This document shows, one piece after another, positions 11,360-23,200 of a stretch of DNA of 64,000 nucleotides. Under the pieces are notes generated by a model. The model made no database searches, was not told where the DNA came from, and was given only the letters and a program-made list of their open reading frames with translations. The position numbers and the translations under genes were made by a program. This stretch comes from Phoronis australis. Taxonomy: Eukaryota > Animalia > Phoronida. Each line of letters opens with the position of its first letter. The stretch's first letter is position 1. The stretch is taken from positions 821,151-885,150 of the forward strand of contig NMRA01000101.1 of assembly GCA_002633005.1 (NCBI GenBank), given 5' to 3'.

Positions 11360-13530
11360 AGTAGTTTAGCTTGACGTGTCCTTCTGAAATTTATCTGGAC
11401 ATAGTTTGGTATCAAATCCACAAACTATGATTAAAGGACTCTGCAAATTGTTTACAAATATGGAAGAAACGCTGATGTCGCACTTTTTCTCTTTGTTTCG
11501 CTGTCCTAGTTGATGGAAAATGGCCTATTATAGGTTCAATTAGGATTTGAGGTTTCTGGAGGTCCGGCACGTACTGATAAGTTTTCATTTGCAAAAACAT
11601 TATAATGGGTTCTTGGGTAAGACTTTGTTATCCGGCTGCCGCTGCTATGGAGACCTTTTCTCTCCTTTTATTTCTTTAAAGTTTGTGCTGGGATTACGGC
11701 CACAATGTGTCGCCAAAAAAAAAACATGCAAAAGGTATAAATACAGGCATATCGCATTAATCGAAAATTTTGTAGTATGCTGATGCCACAGTCTTTTGTC
11801 TGGGTGGTACCAACGAATCACAAAAGAGTTTATGAGTTCATTGAACCTGTTTCACAAGCTCTGGGGTTTAAAATCCTACTTGGGTATTGTATATGGATTG
11901 GTTCAGTGAAATTCTGCGAATTACGCTTATGTCCAGTATTCAATCTCTCATGGCGTAGAGATTTGTTTACCGCGTTGGTATCAACTATCTTATTAAGAGA
12001 CAAGTAAGCTAATAATTATGATGATAAAATTCAAGAGATCAGGTCGACTTGAACTAGTTTGTCCAAAAGGTCTCTAACGCCTCTTGGCAAATAAACAGTT
12101 ATTCATGTTTTTGGTCTGCCATCTTCTGACAACATTGACTTTACCGCCAGACGACATAATTGAATTGTTAGACAAACTGTTTTGCAGTTTTATCTGCCAA
12201 AACAAACCTGACAAAATTAAGAGAACCATCATAGTTCACCATTTTTCGTTGGGAGGGTGCTAAATGATACACTTGAAGTCATTCATAAAATCCCTTGCTT
12301 GATAAGATTAATACTAAGAGGTGATGGAGCCTGGAATAAATTGTTAATTTCAACAAAGCAGTTACTTTCTCGTACCTAGTTTCATTTTAGTAAGGCGTTG
12401 GGAAATCAGATTGGCATTTTACTGTTGACAAGGCAATGACCCAGTTTGGTTTATCGCAAAATTTTATGTCCCAGGAAGTACTATTTTGTGAGTGTTGATG
12501 TGCCAATGCTGTTTATACAGTTATGATCTGAATAGCAATTTGATGTCTCACGAGTACTTTTGTAATAATTATGGATTTCTCCACCATTCACAGGTTAATT
12601 GTTCCTAAGTTTCTTAAAAATGTGGATTCGTCCAAAATTATTCTTCCTCTCCTCCCAAAGTTTATTGCCACTTCACTTTGTATAGTCAAAAGTGAGACTC
12701 ATAACAGGTTTGTTACTTGTTTATCATCAAACAATAATTCGAAGTAAATGTGGTACTTTCATGTGGATCATGGGGAAATGTCAACGTTTTAAATTCTTCT
12801 TTCGCTAGTGTCACCAATCTCAAATGGCTTCAGACTTACTCACAGAATCCTCAATACAAAATGTTTCCTATATAAAATAGCCATAGTAAACTCACTGACT
12901 TGTACATTTTGGAAAAGAATCAGAGAATCTTTGTCATATTTTTGGGACTGGGTGCTTGTACAGAGTAATGTTTTAGAAGACCAGTGGACAATTGGGTTAA
13001 AGTAAAACAAGGTCTGCTCGCTCTTAGTTTAAACTTGGTTGATATCAGGATATTATCTTCGGGAAAGTGGGAGTCAGGTAATGTCACGAATCTTATTATT
13101 TGCTTGGGAAAACGTCATACATACAGAGCTAGATTAAATTCCAGACATTCTTTTTTGCAATGCTTTAAAATGAAATCCTTGTGTGTTATAACATAGAAAA
13201 GGTAATATACCTTAAAGACTTGAATTATGAATAAGTTAGAAAAGGATAGATGCCTGTAGAAGGTCTTCTTGTGTGATATAGTGATGACTATTTGGCTATA
13301 TTTGATTCCAGTTTGAATTGGATGTGAATGCTTTGTTTTAAAAAACGCTTATGTGTCTGCACCCTGCATTAGTTAATGCATATTATATGCTAATGTTCGT
13401 AATCTTATGGATGTGAATGCAATAAACGTATTAAAAAGTTTCTCCTACAAAGAGATTCTTAGTAGTGTGTCATTGTACTTGTTCAATACACTTAATACTA
13501 TGTTTTTGCATGAAAATAAACGAATCTATT
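11360..13530 (+). mobile_element. Decayed L1/Tx1-type LINE, copy 2
   Basis: GCRCYGDLFSPF resembles GCRQGDPLSPYLF; also YADAT, PDKIKRT and LTHRILNTKCFLYKIAIVNSLTCTF..SYFWD. Ends near AATAAA at ~13516. Boundaries approximate. Confidence 0.78.
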
Positions 13531-14832
13531 CTGTGTTTAGCAGACTTTTAGTTGTAGGAGCTTAAGAGTTTCCCTCCAAACGTTTGAGGGTTGCCACGGG
13601 TCATTACAGAGCATTATTTCATTTCAGAGGTCTGGACTGGATTGGAAAGTAGTTTTTAGAATCTATTGAAAAGCGATAAAATCAGATTTGGGTGGAATCG
13701 GTTAAACGATTGGTATCCTGTAAAAATAAACAAACTCAGATTAAAAGTGACTTTATCTAGACGTTACCAGGACACAGGATCAGTTTGCAGCTGACGGGGG
13801 ATGGAACATGTCAGACACTCGGTTTCCAAAGTGATAAAACTGTCGCTGGTGTGACAGTACAGGTTAGACCCATTCGAGAACACACATGTAAACAATATTA
13901 GTTTTTGGCAAAATTAGAAGTAAGAAGTGGAAAGCAAAAACCACGCTAGAGTGCAACATGTAAACGACGTTTCGATATTAATCAAAAGTCATTCTCAAGT
14001 ACAATAGTAGACAGAAAACAAAGTATCGTAACAGAATATTGGATTAATATTGAAACGTCGTTCTCAAACATGTATGTGCTATCGTTTCGTCGATGGAAAC
14101 GTTTTGGCCAAATTTCATGAAATTTCACCAATTTAATCTAGTTATAGAAACTGCCATCAGGTGGCCAGCAGTTGTCGAAGTATCTAAAAATTGACATCGA
14201 CTGATTTCGTCACCATAGAAACATATTTGCAAAAATTAATGAAGCACTTTTATGAAGTTTAAGAGATAGAGTTGCATACTGCCCGTAGTCAGGTGCTGTA
14301 AAATACGCGAAGGTATGTCTTTTCTATCGGCTGTTGCATGAAAACAAACAAAAACCCATTTTCATGTTTTATTTTCTTAATCAAACCGCAAACTGGTGAA
14401 AAAACATTGGAAATCACCAGCACCCCGCAAACTGCCCCCCAAAGCACTTCAAAAACGACTGAAAATCAAAATTGGGTATCATTTACCAAATTTTGGACTC
14501 CAGTGAAGGTTTACAGAAACACATGATGAACATTATAAAGATTTATTCTAAAAAAACTTCTCTAACTGAACCAATTTGAACCAAAAATGGGCTGTTTGGG
14601 CCAAAATAATCATGATGTTCTAAACTTAAAAAAGAATGGCCCAAAATTTTTCAAGTAAATATTTTGAACATATCCTATCGACGTATGTACACACAATTTT
14701 TTGAAAATCAGAGTCGGTGACCCTTGAGTCGGCCTTTTGATGCCCTCGTGAAATGACAATTATCTCTGACTCACCACGCTTGACCTGTGTCAGAAGGAAA
14801 TATTTGGAAAACAAATTGCAAACAGATTCTAG

Positions 14833-14904
14833 TTCCTGGAAAGGAAAACGTCGCGACAGGCGTAAATACCGTAGTAACAACACACACCACGTCTAGTATA
14901 AATA
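14833..14904 (+). promoter_or_regulatory. Core promoter of copy 3: TATA box and STAT/GAS-type site
   Basis: TATAAATA at 14897-14904; TTCCTGGAA at 14833-14841. Confidence 0.5.
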
Positions 14905-14942
14905 GCGAGTTTTCTAAACAACATGTTAGGTTTTGCTCCAAG

Positions 14943-17900
14943 ATGAGGTGTCCGATTCTCGTAGCGTGGTTCTTGGCGTCTTTTATTGCCGTATATGCAG
15001 AAAAAGGTGACACGTGTTTGTACGGTAAGCTGTGGTTGATAAAGTCTATAAGTGAATCGTTTTCGCCAAAGATGCGTACACCTTGTGAATTTCCCCTGGT
15101 AGATCTAAAATGGGCTTTACAAAATGCGCTGCTTGTTGGTGAATCTTTTCGTCACCTACAACCTGCGTCAGTAGTAAGGCAAACAAATTCTCATATTTAC
15201 TTGCGTTTTGAATTTCTTATCGGTGGTACATGCGATCTTAGTAATTGGTGATTTAATCAGACAGGAGTGTCACCTATCTTGCATTTTCTCTGCATCAAGT
15301 TCTATTATTAATGATTCATTTGACAGTCCTTTTAAAATAATTGATTGTGCAGGGGCGGATCCAGGAGTATTTAATAAGGGACGGGGGTCGGATCAAGGAT
15401 TTTTTTAAAAAGGGGGGTCCAAGTCAACATTTTGAAAATTCTAGATTTGACATCTTTAAAATCAGGGGAAAAGGGAGGTCCAGGCCCCCTTGATCACCCC
15501 CGGTTGCGACTATATTGTGTTGCAATTCAACAAGAAAATTAAATGTTAACAATAGGAACTGTTTCGTGAACGTTGAAGCTTGCAGAGTTTCAAAAACTCG
15601 TATTAAATGGCAAGAATTGTTTCTTACAGATAAACTTGAGGAAATTGAAGCACGCTTACAAGTAAGTTCTTATTTGTTTCACGTGCAAAAGATGTTTTTA
15701 TCAGTATTACACGCTCAGTCATGATAGATACTTGACCATCAGGATATCTAAATGCCTCAATGCTTCTTAGATTAGATCGTGTTGTATTCAAAATTATTAA
15801 TAATTAATGTAACAATGCCAGGCTATAGTCATTTATGTCGTGTTATTTTTTTCAGAAGGTGGAGTCTAAAGCCAGGTAGGTTTTCCACACACCATTTCGT
15901 ATCGTGTACGCAATTTGTGCAACGTCCTAGAACAATTTTGTCTTACCATAGACTATAGTACATAATCTATGGTCTTACCACATCCGTGTCACAAGTTGTC
16001 ATTAAGAAACTCCTCTGGCTCCTGGGTTGGATTGTTCTAAACCCCTTCGACCTCCACCCCAACGACACCCTCGACTTAATTACGACCCCACAACCAAGAC
16101 CCACCACCTCCACGACCTGCGACCATAGAGATATCTTTGCTTTTTGCAGATTTCATAGTCTTATTACGTTGGTGAGTGAATTTCTCGTCAGACTTAACTA
16201 CAAGAATCTGCTCTGGCTCCAGGCTGGTGGTTAAAAACAGAAAGGGGCGTAAGAACATGATCTCAAATGGCGGGTTGTGAGTAGGCTATCGTTGTAACGG
16301 AAATAGTTCCACAAGCGGCTACCAATCACCGTATTCTACTAAACTAGAGTATGTTCACGTGTATAAACATAATTTCACATTTTATTATTTGCTTTCTGTC
16401 TTATAGTCGTTTACAATATACTCCATGTAACTTTGAGATGCTTTTCAGTTAACATTTTTTCAAACTCTATTTCCTGAAGAAATAACATATGCGTGGGTTC
16501 CTCACAATCTCTCAGAAGTAGCTCAATTGTAATTCACTGAAGAGCAGACGAGACGATTACACCCTGCCGAGAATGACACTTGTAGGCTAACCTTCGTAGG
16601 TCGTTGATTTGATTTGGTCGCGTTTGTTTTTTCTGTTTTTTGCTTTCAAAGTTGCCGAATGGACTCTCGTAATTGCAAAAAAATACGCACAGTGTTCTTA
16701 ATGCCAGTCAGACCCAGCGAAGCCGATGGTGAGTCGATAGCCTGACGAGTCATGGGTAGTGGGTCGCTGGTCGAGGGGGTTATGGGTCGAGGGGGTTGTG
16801 GGTCGATGGGGCTTTAGAACGACCCCTGGGTTTAAATGTTTGTTACTCGAAAACCGACTTGAAAACTATCGTTTTGCTATGGTTGGTCTGAACTCCGATC
16901 ATTGTGTATCAGACCGAAGCCTCTGATATGTCGGAAGTAGTCGTCGGTGTGTCCATTAAGAACTTCGTTGTTCACTGAAATTCTAGGTGAATTATCGAGT
17001 AACTTTCTCTCTAAAGTTTTTTCATATACAAACAAAGGGTACTTTAAAAAAACACTCCTATGATACCAGAATGATGCAAATAGCTAAAATGCTATGGTCA
17101 CTAACAGAAACATGCTCAGACTGACATTCCTTTGAAATATAGGCATGGTTATTATAATGATGAATATCGCTTCTTCGAACAAGTAAGCCTACTCTGAAGA
17201 AAATTGCGGAATAAACAACTTGTCCTGTTATTGTCAACTAGTCTGTGATTTTGATCACACGCGAGTTACTACCTATATGTTAACAATATTGTAGGAATTG
17301 GAATCACTTCCATGTAGCCATGCATTTTCTTTTAGAAACATCCAACATTATGACTGGAAAGACTTAAACCTCGAAACTGATCAAGGGCAAATCAAGGTAA
17401 CGTTTTATTTCTTCCTCGTGGTGAACTGCAGATATTACTAATGAAGAATTGTCTTTGCTGACTAGTTGAGCATACAAGAATTCGATATTTTAGAATTTGG
17501 TCTACTATTTTATTGTACAAAATGGCACTTGCAGGAGGTGAAGTTTTTCAAGAAGAGGATTAACTCAACCTTGAAAGTAACGTGGAGCGGAAACTTGAGA
17601 CAGCTCAAGTCCTCCGGTGTTGGGTGCTGCCGGTGGTTTTTCAAAATCAACAACGAAGAATGTACAAACCCAACAACAATTGATGCAGTGATTTACAAAG
17701 ACAAACCATTAAATTTGCATAACCACGTTACCAGTAAGTACTGTGAATTCACATTTCTCGAATTCTCTTATCTTCTTGAAAACGGGTAGAAAAAGTTTTG
17801 CAAAGAGATGACCACTAACATACGAACCAATTTGGATGTAAAATACTGAGTGATAAGCACGACAACGGTAGGACGAGTGCCTTCCTGACCGGCGGCAATG

Positions 17901-18325
17901 TGGGTAGAATCAGATATGGAATTGTAGTATTTCGTAAGTAATTCTTTTATGTGTTTATCACTTATTTTTGTCCCTACTATGTCGCATACGGGCTTTCCGG
18001 CAATGCCAATTGGAGTTCTCCCTTAGTACCCTTCAATTGGGTTATGTACCCTTACAGCGAAAACGTAATTCTGATTTTAAGACAAAACAAATTAAAGTGG
18101 AATACCCAGTCAAAATCTATATCAAAGCATTTGAATTGCGGATGAACTAGGACAAATAATATTGAAAGCTATTTTTCTTTTGCAGTCGACGGAATGTGTA
18201 AGGTGGCACTGGCTGGTACCATACCCGTGAGTTTTAATGTTGGCACTTGTCCTGGGAACTACGGCATTTCAAACTGCTACACGTGCTGGAATAGCGCCTG
18301 TCACGTCATCATTGAAGAAATATGA
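14943..18325 (+). CDS. CTHRC1: CTHRC1-like secreted protein without collagen repeat, copy 3 (177 aa)
   Basis: Exons 14943-15024, 15630-15661, 15856-15875, 17336-17396, 17535-17733, 18186-18325 total 534 nt with an open frame. Exon phases match copies 1 and 2. Signal peptide MRCPILVAWFLASFIAVYA. Confidence 0.88.
15350..15512. mobile_element. Short GGCGGATCC-ended MITE (Harbinger-like); degraded orthologous copy at ~8423-8556
   Basis: Starts caggggcggatccagga, has G/C-run interior and an eroded right end. Confidence 0.45.
16029..16823. mobile_element. Non-autonomous Mutator-like DNA transposon in intron 3 of copy 3 (same site as in copy 2)
   Basis: Same TIRs and subterminal repeats; flanked by tcctgggtt and ccctgggtt. 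Confidence 0.75.
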
Positions 18326-18349
18326 AACAGTGAACACTTCTAACACCTA

Positions 18350-20465
18350 CAGTAGTTTAGTTTGATACGTGTCCTTCTGAAATTTATCTGGAGATTGTTT
18401 GTTATCAAATCCACAATTTACGATTAAAGTTATCGCACTTTTTGCTGTGTGTCACTTTCCTAGTTGATGGGTAATGGCATCTTATGTTTAATTATGATTT
18501 GGTGTTTTGGAGGTCCGGCACGTGCTGGTAAGTTTTCACCTACAAAAAGTTTATAAATTGGGTTCGCTTTCTTAACAATGGTGCAAAACGTCGTGTTATC
18601 CTGCCTTTCAAATCAGTCACTGCTGCTGCTAAGGAGACTCTCTCTCTCGGACCTTATTTATTTATTTGTGCTGAGATTACGGCCACAATGTTTCGCCAAA
18701 GTAAAAAGAGAAAAAAATGTATAAATACAGGCTCATTGCATTAATTGAAAATTTTGCAGTATGCTGATGCCACATTCTTTTGTCTGAATGGTTCCAAAAA
18801 ATCACTATAAGATTTAATGAGTTTATTGGACTTGTTTCACAAGCTCGGATTTAAAATCCTATTTGGGAAATGTATATGGATTGGTATTTACGGATTACGC
18901 TTATGTCCAGTATTCAATTTCTCATGGCACAGATTTGTTAACTAATAATTATGATGATAAAATTCAAGAGATCAGGTCAACTTGAACTAAGTTATCCAAA
19001 CGGTCTCTAATGCCTCTTAGCAAATAAACAGTTATTAAATTATTTGATCTGCCATCTTCTGACAACATTGGCTTCACCGCCAGACGACATAATTGAATTG
19101 TTAGACAAACTGTTTTATAGTCTCATTTGGTAAAGTAGACCTGACAAAATTAATTAAGAGAACCACCATGGTTCACGATTTTTCGTTGGGAGGGTTCGAA
19201 ATGGTGCACTTGGAAGTCATTCCTCAAATCCCTTAAAATTTCGTGCATTGGCAGATTAATACTAAGTGATTATAGAGCCTGGATGAAAATGTAAATTATC
19301 AGTACTTCTAAGGAGCTTGTTTCATTTTTGTAAGGCCTATCATCGTTCTCTAGTTTTTTTTCAAGATGTTGAAAAACTGATTGGAATTTTACTGTTGACA
19401 CGGCAATGAGTCTCTATGACCCAATTTGGTTTAATCCCAAAATTCCTGTTTACAAAGAAGTACATATTTTATGAGAGTTGGTATGCCAAGGACATTGTAT
19501 CTATTGATGATCTGTTAAATTTTGATAACAATTTGATGTCTTACGAGTACTTTTGTAATCATTATGGGTTTTCTCCACCATTCACAGTATTCATGGGCGC
19601 GATGTTTATTGTTCGTAGATTACTTTAAAATGGGGATTCGTTCAAAAGTATTCTTCCTCACCGCCCAGAATTTATTGCCCCTTTGCTTTATACACGCAAA
19701 AGCGAGAACAATACTCATAATAAGGGCTGTTCTGAATGTCGTACTTTCAAGTGGTTCGTGGAGAAATGTCCGCGTATTAAATTCTTCATTCACTAGTGAC
19801 ACCAATCTCAAATGGCTTCAAGACTTAATCACAGAATCCTCAGTACAAACTGTTTCCTATATAAAATACCCATAGCTAATCTCACCGACTCCTACATTGG
19901 AAAAGCATCTGAGAATCTTTCTCATGTTTTTGGGACTGTGTAGTTGTACAGAATTTTTGAACGCAATTGGGTAACAGCACAAGTCTGCTCTCTCTCTCTT
20001 AGTTCAAGCTTGGTTGATGTTATCTTCGGGAAAGTGGGTCGAGACACACATTACTTTCATTATTTGTTTGGGAAAGCGTCATATATACAGAGCTAAGTAA
20101 AATTCCAGACTCCCATGTGTCTGCAATGGTTGAATTGAAAATTAAATTCTTGTCTGTTATAACAAACTTGAATTGTGAACAAGTTAGAAAAAGGAAAGAT
20201 CCTCTGGAAGGACTTCATGTGTGATACAGTGATGATTATTCATTTGGCTATGTTCGATTCCGATGTGAACTGGATGTGAATGTTTTGTTATAAAAAACGC
20301 TTGTGTGTGTCTGTACAATTCATATTACATATACTCATGCCTGTAATGTTGTGGATGTGAATGCAATTATGCTTTACCCTTACAAAGAGATTCTTTAAAC
20401 CGTCATTGTACGTATTCAGTACATTTATTGTGTTTTTGCATGAAAATAAACGAATTTATTCTGCG
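18350..20465 (+). mobile_element. Decayed L1/Tx1-type LINE, copy 3
   Basis: QYADAT at ~18756; FYESWYAKDIVSIDDLLNFDNNLMSYEYFCNHYG resembles L1/Tx1 post-RT segments. Its 3' end matches that of copy 2. Boundaries approximate. Confidence 0.78.
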
Positions 20466-21099
20466 TTTCCATCGATTCTGAATTATTAAATTGGTATGTA
20501 TGCATACACAGTTTGTCCTGGTACGTACTCAAAAGGCGTCTGTCCGTCTGCACAAAGAGAGCGCCGCTCCAAAGAACGCACCCATGTTTTATTTAGCGTC
20601 CATTTTGTTTATACAGAACAGCTAATGAAAACACAGAATTCAACTTGAAAACAGTCTCACCAAATTCAACATATCTTTATTATATTCAAATTCCAGGTTC
20701 TCTACTTTTACTGAATATTGCCTCTTGTGTTCAAATTTCAAAAGTCTACACTAGGTTGATATCAACTATGCCAAAACAACGTATCCCTTTTACATTACGC
20801 ACCTCTGTCATTTTTACAACTGCGCCAATTACAGTGTTTTCTTTATTTATAACCATTGTCGCAGGCCTACGTCTGAAATGGGATTTAATCTTATGCAAAT
20901 TAGTAAAATCTCACAGCGGGCCGTTTCAAATGTCAACATGCGAACACGGTCGAGCGTCCAACATCTCTGATTGAAATTGTTTTTGTTCTTATTTTTGTGG
21001 CTTTCACTGAAAAACGTTTGACAACCATAGGCGCCAAAGAAAATGAAACAGCGAGAGCGTGAGGAAATATTGAGTTTAGTAATTAATCTCGGTAAGTAA

Positions 21100-21302
21100 C
21101 ATGGGAGGTTCAGACCCCATTGCAAGCGTCCGAGCGAGACCACCGATGAACCTGTTTCTTTTTTCTTTCTTTTTTAGTCCAAGGAGAAATTCGGGCACTC
21201 CTAGTATTTCAGCTGGGTGCGCGCACGCAACCGTACTTTGCGGTTGCCCGAAACAAAACTTTGGGCCACCCCCCCCGTTATGTTTTCTTAGATCCGCCAC
21301 TG
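21100..21302. mobile_element. Short GGCGGATC-ended MITE
   Basis: Right end tagatccgccactg; degenerate left end catgggaggttc. Confidence 0.4.
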
Positions 21303-21419
21303 ACAACGTTTCATTTTTCATATTATATCTAAGTCTTTAGAGCACTAGTACACAGACGTGATTCTCCTATACACTTTTTTGCGAGGCAACACCTTTTAAA
21401 CGTCTCTAGGTGGACGTGC

Positions 21420-23200
21420 ACTTGACTCTCCAACTGTAACGGGTATTAGTAGCAGACATGTACATGAAATGAGAGGGAGGCGACCGATGGTGTAGGGCGG
21501 AGAGGTTGTCAGGCAACCCAAGGATTTCTGGGCCCAATGTGAACCGGAGGTCTTATGATGAAAAGAATGGCGACCATGGAGTGTGGAGGAGTGTTTGTAG
21601 GACAAATTTGCTCTCGTAGTCTCCAATGTGAAAACGTTGGTATGGCACGAAATCATACCTCTACATGACGAGTCCGCTAAAGGCCCGGCCAAGCGCATAA
21701 TACGCCAAAAGCGTCAGTAATGGTCTAACTATTGCATTTCTGCACTCAAATGCGCTATTGCGTAACGACTAAATAGAAAGGGTAACCGCGGAACTAACGG
21801 CGCCTTAGCAAGTATTGATTTTATGTTTGAAGATGTGACACAGTTGTTGGACAAGGAACTTGCCGGTAGTGACGAGGTCCGCCTAAACAAGATGGTTCAA
21901 CTGGCGGAAGAACCATATGGACACTTGGGCTATGCCCGGTGGGCCCTTCGATGGGACCTCACACCGTGCATATGTAGGAATGGGGCCTCGAATAGGGCAT
22001 GTTTGTAAGCTGAACATGTAGGCTTACTAAACAGATATAACTTAATAGTTTATAGTTCTGGACTTTTACGATAAACCACTTATCTGTGTACAATCAGCAA
22101 CTGACATATGCCGGTATAAATGAAGTTTTTAATGCACAATAGCCCAGTTTGCAGCAACAACAACTGCCGAGATCTGAGGTGCGTGGGGTTTTTACGTGAA
22201 ATATCCACTCAGTTGTTCGTGAACTTCGCAAGTATTTTATGTGACCTATATTCGGCACAAATATTTTGATAATCCTGTTCCATCTTTGTTGTTACTAAAT
22301 ATGAATTCGGAATGAATACATCGATAGTCTTTGGAGATTTGCATAGGGAATTGAAGTTCAGGTGCACGTTTGAAGCTATCCAATGCAGTGACGTGTATAC
22401 CATGGGCGGCGCACCATAGGGGGCTGAGGGTCGGACTTTAGCCCCCACTTTTTCAGTGGTGCGCCGCCCATGCATACGAGTGCACATACAAAACGTATAC
22501 CACAGCTAGTGAGCTAACCCTCCGGACATTTCAGCTGAAAGCGGAGTGACTTTGAAAGTGTATCCCACTGGTATCTGACACGATGTTTTCAATAGACGAA
22601 ATATTTTAACGCCTGGATGATTTTGATTTTAGTCTGAAGAACCTGTCACGTGAACGCTTGTACGGGAAGGGCCGTGGTGGTATGTCTCATTTGTGTGGAC
22701 ACTGTACACAATAGCAAAGATCCCGGCGCATACCATAATATCAAAGATACTATAAAATCTTTGATAATATCACACCTACGAATCCGTTGCAATAGCAGAC
22801 TATATGGACATGCCATAATTATAAAAATCTCCACATATACGCTGCACGGAATAAGACCAGTTACGCTATTTGACAATGGCCGATAATAAACTGGAACCTG
22901 TTGGCATGCAAATGGTCGTATTAAACTATTGATTAAGATGCACTTGTAACAAAATGAAACATTAATGCATTGATCCAAATCTATTTATAAGTTATATTAG
23001 CTTGATAATTTTTATACGCATTGCATTATTAATAACACCACATAATTGAGGAAGTTTTTCATTTCAATTCTACGCCATGACGTAAACGGAAAGAACTGGT
23101 AGAAGATAAAACCGCGCCAGTGTGAGGAATGAAAGAGTTGAAAGGTTCATCGATTCATTTACTAATGGTGTCATTAGGCTCCTGAATAAGACTAAATGTT
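21420..23200 (+). mobile_element. Highly decayed CR1/L2-group LINE (endonuclease remnant and RT C-terminus)
   Basis: Fragments in expected order across frameshifts: CGGVFV (~GGGV), TLVWHEIIP (~LWVEI), ALASIDF (~GDFN), NKMVQ..RKNHMD (~PTR..N.LD), GTSHRA (~SDH); later GIRPV, CWHAN and RFIDSFTNGVIRLLN (typical 3' end). Confidence 0.5.
22401..22472. mobile_element. 72-bp mini inverted-repeat element; related copies at ~23303-23371 and ~23385-23445
   Basis: Perfect 16-bp TIR catgggcggcgcacca / tggtgcgccgcccatg. Confidence 0.65.

Larger units (their letters stand above)
1..20465 (+). repeat. Tandem segmental triplication (CTHRC1-like gene plus LINE fossil unit)
   Basis: Homologous exon-2 starts at 15, 8690 and 15630 (spacings 8675 and 6940). 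Introns and downstream LINE sequence align across all three copies; promoter sequence aligns between copies 2 and 3. Confidence 0.92.

Noticed and set aside
21396-22008. GC-richer stretch with 100-aa and 61-aa ORFs as a foreign or novel gene
   Set aside because: Fragments match the order of LINE endonuclease motifs across frameshifts and are followed by an RT-type 3' end, so an old retrotransposon explains it better.
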